Made by a program: the position numbers and the translations under genes. 14,072 bases of DNA from Candidatus Omnitrophota bacterium (lineage in GTDB: Bacteria > Ratteibacteria > UBA8468 > MWAK01), in the NCBI GenBank assembly GCA_043826355.1, contig JBDRQI010000032.1, forward strand, positions 1 to 14,072, read 5' to 3'. Numbering within the stretch: position 1 is the first letter of the stretch; every line of letters begins with the position of its first letter. The notes under the pieces are model-generated. The model did not search any database. It was not told the origin of the DNA and worked only from the letters and a program-made list of their open reading frames with translations. Of the stretch, positions 1 to 7,159 are shown one piece after another.

Positions 1-406
1 CGGCCTTTTCTATTTTGGTATTTTCGCAGTCAAGGTAGCCCTGGTCATTTTCAATAATCCTGCCCGCCTCGCCCGGATGTCCGGTCGCCTCCGTGGCATT
101 CCAGAATCCGTGCTTGACAATCGCCAGTTCGTTTCTGGGAAGATTGTATCCGATGTAAAACCCGCCCAGCTGGTTGCTGCCCCGGCAAATGACCAGGTAC
201 GTATTTGTCAGCAGGTCAAAATTATCGGCATAGCGGTATTTTGCGGTAATCGTATGCCAGGTGTCAATTGCCAACGGTTCGGAAATATCGGCATCCTGGC
301 CGTTAACATCTACGCCCAGGTTCTTCGGAGTCGCCGCCAGCAGGCATTGCGCCGAAACGCACACCAGCATGCTGACGAACAGAAAAAAAATCCTTCCTGT
401 CTTCAT
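1..406 (-). CDS. Secreted hypothetical protein, 5' part (runs off the left edge; absent from the ORF track)
   Basis: Manual translation from ATG at 406: MKTGRIFFLFVSMLVCVSAQCLLAATPKNLGVDVNGQDADISEPLAIDTWHTITAKYRY..., open to the window edge. Preceded by a GGAGG RBS, with an ATGA overlap with the upstream TGA stop (403-405). Signal-peptide-like N-terminus. Confidence 0.85.
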   Translation of the reverse strand, partial: MKTGRIFFLFVSMLVCVSAQCLLAATPKNLGVDVNGQDADISEPLAIDTWHTITAKYRYADNFDLLTNTYLVICRGSNQLGGFYIGYNLPRNELAIVKHGFWNATEATGHPGEAGRIIENDQGYLDCENTKIEKA

Positions 407-2919
407 AATACCTCCCTCGCTATTATTGGGCCACCCAGCTTATCACTTGTCCACTGGAAACACACACCGTGCAATTCCGCATCATCCTCTACCGTATCCG
501 CCGTATCAGCCGATAATCTTGTTAGTCTGCAATGCAGACATATATCATCGCTGTCAGGAGCGTCTATACCCGTAAAGGTTGCGGTTACCATTCCTTCCGC
601 CTTCCCCGATACGGAGGTGGTTTGTGTTAGCGTTTCTTGTGCGGCGACAGTCGTATCCCCACCTAACTTTGTCCACAGATATTCCAACTGCCATTTAATA
701 TTACCCGAAGTCGCTGTTGACGACCACACTATTGTGAGTGTCGGTGCAACGGTTCGATCCATATCATGAGCAATTTTCATATTAAACGATACCATGTTTT
801 GGTTGCCCTCCGCAACTTCATTGCTAAACTTCCAAGCGGGAGTTTCAAGCGTGCCGTGTGCTACGGCGGTAGCTGGTTTAGCTCCGGGAGCTTTTATGCC
901 ACCAGCGTCCACCCATACGGAGTTGTAGTGCCGTGCGTTTCCTGCGAAGGTAACTACACCTGAATCGCCAAACCTTGTTTTATTGATGCCATCGCCTATA
1001 TCAACCGAGCCAAGTTCACCCTTGCCTGTGGTAACAAGGTTCTCGTCTCCAAAACTTACATTCTCACCTGATGCGGTTATGGTTAAATCTCCATTACTAT
1101 CTATAAGGAAATCTGCGTAGGTATCGGCTGAACCATCAGCATCGTTGTAGGCTAATCTCATTCCACCAGGAGCGGCACCTGCGTTTATTTCAAGTTTTCT
1201 GTTTGGGACAGTAGTCCCGATGCCAAGGTTGCCGCTATTATCAAACCTGGCCGCTTCGTGAAAATAGGGCAAGGCAGAATTGTTGACATAAAATCCGAGA
1301 TACCCGTTCACGTCCCCCGAAGCGTCGTTAAGTTTTCCTCCCTTCAATCCGGCAAACATTACGCCAGAATAAGGCTGGCCTGAAGTCTGATACATGCCAC
1401 CCAGCCCCAGCACGCCCCCCACATCTTGGCCTTGGTCGGTACTGGTCATAATCGCTACATTTGAAGATTTGGGAATTGAATTTCCGGTTGAAGTGCCTGA
1501 AAATGCGCTTGGAGCATATACGTGAATACCATTGGGGCCGTAAAGATAGGCTGGGTCATAATTTATTCCAAATTTTCCAGCAATTTGATAATTACCGGTT
1601 AAACTTAAGGCGCTTGCAGACAAATCGTAACTTAAATTACTATTTGTAATTAAGTCTTTATACCCAAAGACAAATGAGGGTATTGAACCATAAAAATTAT
1701 CTGATATCACAAAGTTATCAGATGAACGCGTTATGACTGGCGCGCCGGAAAACCAGTTCCCTTTCAAAAAATTTGTTCCGCCGCCGGTTAGGGTGAAGGC
1801 AGAAGCGCCGAAATTATTTCCCTGGATATTTATCCCGGCGGAATTGTTGACATATATGTTGCTGTACCAGTTCTGATTCCCGACAATCGAAAACCCGTTG
1901 GCCGCACCGTCAATATAAAAGCCATAAACGGAATTATGGTTAATGGTAGAGCCGGTTATTGTTCCGTGAGCGTTGTTGTAAGCATCGGTTATACTTACAC
2001 CATAACCATTCGCATCAAAATGGCTTGTCGAAATTGCCATGTTGCCGGAATTTACGATAAGACCAGTCCTGTTTTTATGGCAGGTAATGTTTGAAAATTT
2101 CATATACTCGGCTCCGTTCTTTACCCCTGCGCCCGCACCCACACCGGTGTCTATTCCGACATAATTGTAATATGTATTAACACCCGATAAAGACGGAGCG
2201 CCCGGATACCCGGGCAATGACGCTACCCCGTTAAATCCAATGCCGATGTTATCGAACCCGTGTACCGAAAGGTTGGTGATGCAATTATTGGGCAAATTCG
2301 AAGACATGTGGATACCGCTTCTGGATCCGGCACTTATTGTTCCTGACTGGTCTATATTGCTTCCACCATCAATATCTAAATCGGCAAATTGGACGCTGAA
2401 AGTTGAATTTTCAAACATATACCCGGTTGACCCTACTTTAAACCGAAGAGAGGAAGAAGTTCCATCTCCAAAAATACGCTGATTGTTGCGCGGTGTTAAA
2501 TTTGAAACAATATAAATACCGGTTGGAAAATACACACTTAAAGACGCATCTAAAGCTGCTTGGATAGCAACAGTATCATCGGTAACGCCGTCTCCTTTAG
2601 CACCGTACGCACGAACATCTGCCCGGGCAATAAAATCGCCATTATTGTGCAGTTCTGCTGTTGGACTCATCGTCCCGATGCCGACTTTTGAATTAGTCGT
2701 ATCTGCATTTAATGCATTAGTAAGTCCGTCAGCTTTACATATCCCGAAAGCATTTGCAGGGTCATTATAACTATACGAAAAACCATCTCCCGCTACGTTC
2801 ATATACGGGATTTGAGCAGCAGTGCCAAAAGAAATCGAGCCACCGCCGCCGCCTATATTCCCCGCCCATAGGAAAGCAGGCAAAGCCGGTAAAAACAAAC
2901 CTAAAAGTAGTTTGCGCAT
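403..2919 (-). CDS. Secreted mosaic tailspike/adhesin-like protein with a pectate-lyase-3-type right-handed parallel beta-helix (838 aa)
   Basis: Start moved from 3036 to ATG 2919, which has an AAGGAGG RBS and gives the signal peptide MRKLLLGLFLPALPAFLWA. Contains DVRAYGAKGDGVTDDTVAIQAALD (pectate_lyase_3 N-terminal motif), beta-helix rungs (SGIHMS, VGIDTG, TGLIVNSG, YGVSITD, YGFYIDG, AGINIQG) and two GIGT fibre motifs (KVGIGTMSP, NLGIGTTVP). The C-terminal domain is beta-rich. Confidence 0.8.
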   Translation of the reverse strand: MRKLLLGLFLPALPAFLWAGNIGGGGGSISFGTAAQIPYMNVAGDGFSYSYNDPANAFGICKADGLTNALNADTTNSKVGIGTMSPTAELHNNGDFIARADVRAYGAKGDGVTDDTVAIQAALDASLSVYFPTGIYIVSNLTPRNNQRIFGDGTSSSLRFKVGSTGYMFENSTFSVQFADLDIDGGSNIDQSGTISAGSRSGIHMSSNLPNNCITNLSVHGFDNIGIGFNGVASLPGYPGAPSLSGVNTYYNYVGIDTGVGAGAGVKNGAEYMKFSNITCHKNRTGLIVNSGNMAISTSHFDANGYGVSITDAYNNAHGTITGSTINHNSVYGFYIDGAANGFSIVGNQNWYSNIYVNNSAGINIQGNNFGASAFTLTGGGTNFLKGNWFSGAPVITRSSDNFVISDNFYGSIPSFVFGYKDLITNSNLSYDLSASALSLTGNYQIAGKFGINYDPAYLYGPNGIHVYAPSAFSGTSTGNSIPKSSNVAIMTSTDQGQDVGGVLGLGGMYQTSGQPYSGVMFAGLKGGKLNDASGDVNGYLGFYVNNSALPYFHEAARFDNSGNLGIGTTVPNRKLEINAGAAPGGMRLAYNDADGSADTYADFLIDSNGDLTITASGENVSFGDENLVTTGKGELGSVDIGDGINKTRFGDSGVVTFAGNARHYNSVWVDAGGIKAPGAKPATAVAHGTLETPAWKFSNEVAEGNQNMVSFNMKIAHDMDRTVAPTLTIVWSSTATSGNIKWQLEYLWTKLGGDTTVAAQETLTQTTSVSGKAEGMVTATFTGIDAPDSDDICLHCRLTRLSADTADTVEDDAELHGVCFQWTSDKLGGPIIAREVL

Positions 2920-2935
2920 TAACGCCTCCTTGTTT

Positions 2936-3076
2936 TCAGAAATTAACTTGAACCGTGCCGGATACTGCAACACTTCCGATAACAACAGGAACAGATAACA
3001 CATTGGCCGCAAACGGAAGGTTAAAATCCGCAACATCTATAGAACCGGAAACCGGCAAAGAGATTCCGCTTACTTT
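2936..3076 (-). pseudogene. Possible 3' remnant or small ORF (46 codons) directly upstream of the adhesin
   Basis: Open frame KVSGISLPVSGSIDVADFNLPFAANVLSVPVVIGSVAVSGTVQVNF* with beta-strand-like composition. Its TGA lies 16 nt before the adhesin ATG. No ATG start; TTG at 3058 is possible. Bounded upstream by TGA at 3077-3079. Confidence 0.35.
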
Positions 3077-3198
3077 TCACCTATTCCATTTGCCGGTCTG
3101 GTTGGGATGGACGCGGTACTGGCTGTCCTTGTATCCTAATATGCACCTACCGGAACTCTTCCAGTTTTTGGGAAAGGCTTCAAGAGATGCGGCCCCTT
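3058..3198. ncRNA. Candidate structured non-coding RNA or palindromic element (rod-like fold), family unassigned
   Basis: Nested complementarity found by eye on the minus strand: AAGGGG-CCGC / GCGG-AA-TCTCTT, GCCT-TTCC / GGAA-T-AGGT, CCGGT / ACCGG, GGAT..GGAC / GTCC-ATCC, with an asymmetric internal bubble. Starts 5 nt after the ftsI stop. Confidence 0.35.
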
Positions 3199-3203
3199 AT
3201 ATT

Positions 3204-4901
3204 TTATTGTGTTTGCTTTATTTCCTGGTCAGGAGCAATGCCCAGGGCCAGAAGGGTTCGCTGGCCGATACGGTTAAAAGCCGGACCGACGACCATCCCG
3301 CCGTAATAAGAAACGCCCCTGGGTTCATCCACCATGACGTAAATAACCAGATCCCGCGCCGGATTTTTAATGAATCCGGCAAAAGAAGCGACATACTTGG
3401 TGCGAGAGTAACGGCCATTTTCCACTTTCCTGGCGGTTCCGGTCTTGCCACCTACGCGATAACCGGGAATTGCGGCCCACCGCGCAGTTCCCTCTTCGGA
3501 AGCAACGTCCACCAGTATTGAAACCAGGGTATCCGCCGTTGCCTGAGAAATAACCCGGCGTACTAAAACAGGCTTGCGGTCAGGAGTGAACCGTCCGCCA
3601 CGGTCACGTACCCCTTTCAAAACAAGATACGGTTGATAGAGATTACCGCCGTTGACGATAGCGCCGAGGGCTGCAGCACACTGCACAACCGTAGCGCTGA
3701 CTTCATGGCCAAAAGGAATCGCGGTCATGGAATAATCGGACCACTGGGAAACAGGTCTCAGGACTCCGGATGCCTCTCCGGGAAGGTTAATACCGGTCTT
3801 TTTGCCAAAACCAAACGCAGTGGCATATTGATACATCCGCTCTTCACCTAATTTAAAACCAACCTTGACGGAACCGATATTACTGCTTTTGGCGATAACT
3901 TCCCGGAAAGTAATCATACCATAGGGGTGTGTGTCATGAATAGTATGGTTCCGCACGAAATACTTTCCGTTTTCGCAAAAGATGTTATCTTCCGGTTTAA
4001 CTACCCCTTCTTCCAGCCCGGCCGCTGCCGTAACTATCTTAAAGATGGAACCCGGTTCAAAAATGTCGGTGACCGAACGATTGCGACGATAGTTAAGTGG
4101 AGAGGTCACCGGAGGATTCGGGTCATACGTGGGACGGTTCGCCAGGGCCAACACCTCTCCGTTATCCGCATCCAGCACAATTCCCGCCGCGCCCAGGGCA
4201 GAATATTCTTTAAATACTTTTTCAAGCTCCTCTTCCAGAATACGCTGAACTTTAATGTCTATCGTCAAAAAAAGGTCCTGGCCGGGCCGGGCCGAAATGC
4301 CTTCATTCAGGGATGGAATAGGGTTTCCCTTTCCATCCCGCAGGATAGAAATTTTTCCGTCCTGTCCGGAAAGAAACTGGTTGTATTGTTTCTCGATACC
4401 TTCCAGTCCCTTGCCATCCACATCCACCAGACCAACAACGTGACTGGCTATCTTCCCCTCGGGAAAAGACCGGGAAAAAGTTTCCTGAAAGCCAATTTTT
4501 TCTATGGCCAGTTTCTTAACGGCAATATAATCATCGTAAGGAATCCGCCGCCTTAACAAGATGAATCCTTTACCGGATGAAAATTCAGCAGTTAATTTTG
4601 CCGGAGATTCGCCGATAATGGGCGCAATCTTTTTGGCCACCTCGGCAGGCGCTTCCTTAAGATATTTCGGCTCCGCGGAAAGATCGTAATAGGGAATAGA
4701 TACCGCCAGCGGCCTGCCTTCCCGATCGTAAATCGTACCGCGGGGCGCCGGCTGGAATATCACCCGGTAATTTTTATCTCGCGCCTTTCGCTTAAATTCC
4801 GGCGCTTGCTTAACCTGAAGAAACGCCAGTCGTAAAAAAATCAGGCCGAAACAAACGAAAAAAAACCAACCAATGATTTCCAGACGTTTTTTCCGTTCCA
4901 C
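3204..4901 (-). CDS. ftsI: Peptidoglycan D,D-transpeptidase FtsI (PBP3 / class B PBP), about 565 aa
   Basis: N-terminal TM helix and PRGTIYDR dimerisation-domain motif. Active-site motifs SxxK (EPGSIFK), SxN (KSSN) and KTG (GKTGTA). Position after rsmH-ftsL. Start moved to GTG 4901, just after the ftsL stop. Confidence 0.93.
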   Translation of the reverse strand: MERKKRLEIIGWFFFVCFGLIFLRLAFLQVKQAPEFKRKARDKNYRVIFQPAPRGTIYDREGRPLAVSIPYYDLSAEPKYLKEAPAEVAKKIAPIIGESPAKLTAEFSSGKGFILLRRRIPYDDYIAVKKLAIEKIGFQETFSRSFPEGKIASHVVGLVDVDGKGLEGIEKQYNQFLSGQDGKISILRDGKGNPIPSLNEGISARPGQDLFLTIDIKVQRILEEELEKVFKEYSALGAAGIVLDADNGEVLALANRPTYDPNPPVTSPLNYRRNRSVTDIFEPGSIFKIVTAAAGLEEGVVKPEDNIFCENGKYFVRNHTIHDTHPYGMITFREVIAKSSNIGSVKVGFKLGEERMYQYATAFGFGKKTGINLPGEASGVLRPVSQWSDYSMTAIPFGHEVSATVVQCAAALGAIVNGGNLYQPYLVLKGVRDRGGRFTPDRKPVLVRRVISQATADTLVSILVDVASEEGTARWAAIPGYRVGGKTGTARKVENGRYSRTKYVASFAGFIKNPARDLVIYVMVDEPRGVSYYGGMVVGPAFNRIGQRTLLALGIAPDQEIKQTQ

Positions 4902-4905
4902 TTTT

Positions 4906-5193
4906 TTACTTTTTGAAATCAAACCGATAGATGTTCCAGGACTTCGGTTCCACCAGGGGCAGACCGAATTTCTGCAGCCTGAGCCGGACAGCGGAAACAC
5001 TTTTTAACGAAAGCGACTGGGCCCGCAACTGCCGGTTTTCCGTCAAGAGTTCCTTGTGTCTGATTTCTGCCTCCCCGAGCTGGTACCCCAGGTTGATAAT
5101 CAGTCCCTGCTGCCAAACATAAAAAAATATGGCGACGAGAAGCAGAAGAACGATGTGCCAGAATTTAAATCCCTGCTTCTTTTTCCTGCGCAT
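4906..5193 (-). CDS. ftsL: Cell division protein FtsL-like (95 aa)
   Basis: Basic N-tail (MRRKKKQG), single TM helix and coiled coil (LGYQLGEAEIRHKELLTENRQLRAQSLSLKS). Lies between rsmH and ftsI. Start set at ATG 5193. Confidence 0.8.
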   Translation of the reverse strand: MRRKKKQGFKFWHIVLLLLVAIFFYVWQQGLIINLGYQLGEAEIRHKELLTENRQLRAQSLSLKSVSAVRLRLQKFGLPLVEPKSWNIYRFDFKK

Positions 5194-5208
5194 AGATTCA
5201 ACCAGATT

Positions 5209-5310
5209 ACCGCAGAGCACGCGAAGTACACAGAGAATTACTTTTAAAAATTATCTTTAAAGTTGTCTTTTCGCTTCATACTCCTCTGCGTTCTCTGCGA
5301 CCTCTACGGT
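5209..5310. repeat. Miniature inverted-repeat element with 9-bp periodic arms (CGCAGAG type)
   Basis: Left arm ACCGCAGAG-CACGCGAAG-TACACAGAG (5209-5235). Right arm reverse complement ACCGTAGAG-GTCGCAGAG-AACGCAGAG (5284-5310). 48-nt AT-rich spacer. Confidence 0.8.
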
Positions 5311-5320
5311 GTATCTTTTA

Positions 5321-6190
5321 TTATTCAATTTTTACCGCGCCGCGCAATTTTGCACTGCGGCTGGCCGGATTAGCAACAATTTCTGCCCGGACGGGCCGAA
5401 CCGGTTTTTTGGTAATAGTGTGCAGTTGCTCGTTTTGTTTCAGAAAGTTTTTAGCGATACGATCTTCCAAAGAATGGTAGGAAATTATCGCCAGCCGGCC
5501 GCCGGGATTGAGGATTTCCACCGCTTGGGAAAGTGACATCTCCAGACTTTCCAGTTCCCGGTTAACGGCTATTCTCAGGGACTGGAAAACACGGGTGGCC
5601 GGGTCAGACTTTCCGTGCCGGCGTATTACCCGACGGCTGATCTCCGCCAGCTGGGTTGTGGTGTTCACCGCATTACAATTTACCGCTTCTTTTATCCTGG
5701 CGGCCAATCGCCTGCTCTCCCGGATTTCACCGTACTGGTAAAAGACATCAGCCAGCTCCTCGGCCGACAAATCCTTCAGCAACTTAGAGACCGGTTCACC
5801 TTCCGCCCGGTTGAACCTCATATCCAGCGGCCCTTCTTTTTGAAATGAGAAACCCCTTTCGGCCTCGTTCAATAGATAACTGGAAAGACCTAAATCGTAT
5901 ATTATTCCGTCGGGTGTGTTGAAACCGGCGCTGCCGGCCAGGAATTTCAAATCCCGAAAATCTCCTTCCCGAAAAGTTGTTTGACCGGAAAAACCCTTCA
6001 GCCGGTTGCGGGCTTCTGCTAATGAACTTCCGTCCCGGTCCAAACAGAGTAATCTTAATTCACCTTTAGCCGCCGACAGCATTGCCAAACTGTGTCCGGC
6101 GGTACCGGTGGTGGCGTCAATAAAAAGACCGCCTTTTTCCGGCTGAAGTATATCCAGGACTTCCGCGGTTAATACAGGTGTGTGCAACAT
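5321..6190 (-). CDS. rsmH: 16S rRNA m4C1402 methyltransferase RsmH (MraW)
   Basis: Motifs HTPVL, DATTGTAGHS, DLGLSS, RGFSF...PLDMR, PATRVFQSLRIAVNREL, ISYHSLEDR and NPASRSAKLR. Confidence 0.97.
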   Translation of the reverse strand: MLHTPVLTAEVLDILQPEKGGLFIDATTGTAGHSLAMLSAAKGELRLLCLDRDGSSLAEARNRLKGFSGQTTFREGDFRDLKFLAGSAGFNTPDGIIYDLGLSSYLLNEAERGFSFQKEGPLDMRFNRAEGEPVSKLLKDLSAEELADVFYQYGEIRESRRLAARIKEAVNCNAVNTTTQLAEISRRVIRRHGKSDPATRVFQSLRIAVNRELESLEMSLSQAVEILNPGGRLAIISYHSLEDRIAKNFLKQNEQLHTITKKPVRPVRAEIVANPASRSAKLRGAVKIE

Positions 6191-6195
6191 ACAAA

Positions 6196-6271
6196 ACAGA
6201 CTGCAGATTTCAGACGCCGGATTTCAGACTAAAAAAATAATGAAATCTCATATCAGACGTCCGGAGTCTGT
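6196..6271. repeat. Miniature inverted-repeat element with 7-bp periodic arms (CAGAyyn type)
   Basis: Left arm CAGACTG-CAGATTT-CAGACGC-CGGATTT-CAGACTA (6197-6231). Right arm reverse complement ACAGACTCCGGACGTCTGATATGAGATTTCA (6241-6271). A-rich spacer. Confidence 0.7.
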
Positions 6272-6281
6272 CATTATGGGA

Positions 6282-6634
6282 GGGGGGGGCGATAAGCCGG
6301 GTTCTGTTTAGATAGCCATTTCTCTTGACCCTGCCTTACGACAGGGCTCAAGCAGCCTACCCGGGGTTTTTGCGGAGCGGGCGTCCATCCCCCTGCTCGG
6401 CCTTGCTCCAGAGAGGTGTTTGCCAGACGGCAACCTTATGGTTGGCGCCGGTGAGCTCTTACCTCACCTTTGCACCCTTACCCGCTTTCGCCAAGGCGAA
6501 GACAGGCGGTCTATTTTCTGTGGCACTTTCCGTTTCCTTGCGGAACCTGGGTGTTACCCAGTCCCGGCCCGACCGGAGCCCGGACTTTCCTCAGTTACCG
6601 GTACCCGGTAACTGCAGCTATCCCGCCCCCCCAC
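6282..6634 (-). ncRNA. rnpB: RNase P RNA, bacterial type A
   Basis: Minus strand carries GAGGAAAGTCCGGGCTCC, GGAAAGTGCCACAGAAAATAGACCGCC, GGTAAGGGTGCAAAGGTGAGGTAAGAGCTCACC, GGAGCAAGGCC, GGGTAGGCTGCTTGAG and ACAGAACCCGGCTTA. G-rich and C-rich P1 ends. Ends are approximate. Confidence 0.97.
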
Positions 6635-6640
6635 TTAAAC

Positions 6641-6731
6641 ACAGTGAATCGCAAATGGTTAACGGTGAATGATAAAAGTTTTAAGAATTAAAGCGGTTAC
6701 CGTTCACTGTTCACGATTCACGATTTACTGT
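6641..6731. repeat. Miniature inverted-repeat element with 7-bp periodic arms (GTGAAyn type)
   Basis: Left arm GTGAATC-GCAAATG-GTTAACG-GTGAATG (6644-6671). Right arm CGGTTAC-CGTTCAC-TGTTCAC-GATTCAC-GATTTAC (6694-6728). Termini ACAGTGAATC / GATTTACTGT are 9/10 complementary. Confidence 0.8.
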
Positions 6732-7150
6732 TTTTTATCCAACACCTTATTGGCTAACCGGTCCGCGGTTTTGTTTTCGTCATGGCTCAATTTTTCAAAG
6801 GAAACTTTTTCCAAACCGGAAATAAGGCGCTGCGCCAGCAAATGAAGCCGTTTAATATCTTCGTTCTTAACCTGGTAACGGCCGGTCATTTGATTTATCA
6901 AAAGTTCGCTGTCGCTGTAAATCGTTAACTCCAAACCGTTAATTTTATTCGGAAGTTTATGCACATACAAAAGCGCTTCTCCCAATCCGTAAAGGAGCGC
7001 GGTATATTCGGCTACGTTGTTGGTGGTAACTCCGATTTCAAGGCCAACCTCTTTCAGGAGTTGGCCTTCCGGGTCGTAAAGAGCAATCCCGATAGCAGAC
7101 CGGCCCGGGTTACCCCGGCTTGCTCCATCAATAAAAATGGTCAGTTTCAT
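6725..7150 (-). CDS. rnhA: Ribonuclease HI family protein
   Basis: IFIDGASRGNPG, TNNVAEY, YSDSELLINQMTGRYQVK and NKTADRLAN give the D-E-D-D catalytic set of RNase HI. Confidence 0.93.
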   Translation of the reverse strand: MKLTIFIDGASRGNPGRSAIGIALYDPEGQLLKEVGLEIGVTTNNVAEYTALLYGLGEALLYVHKLPNKINGLELTIYSDSELLINQMTGRYQVKNEDIKRLHLLAQRLISGLEKVSFEKLSHDENKTADRLANKVLDKKQ

Positions 7151-7159
7151 AATATTAAT

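Noticed and set aside
77..769. 230-aa plus-strand ORF (and nested 261..575)
   Set aside because: Antisense shadow of two better-supported minus-strand genes that have RBS and signal peptides.
403..2919. Prophage call based on the tailspike-like gene
   Set aside because: No integrase, capsid, terminase or other phage genes in the window, and the protein has a signal peptide.
2920..3036. 39-aa N-terminal extension of the 877-aa ORF
   Set aside because: The strong AAGGAGG RBS and signal peptide point to ATG 2919.
2955..3521. 188-aa plus-strand ORF
   Set aside because: Overlaps the ftsI 3' end antisense, with no RBS and no recognisable motif.
4902..5000. N-terminal extension of the ftsI ORF
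   Set aside because: Overlaps ftsL out of frame. GTG 4901 gives a normal short tail before the TM helix.
6325..6691. Plus-strand ORFs 6325..6672, 6420..6611 and 6470..6691
   Set aside because: Antisense to the RNase P RNA gene.
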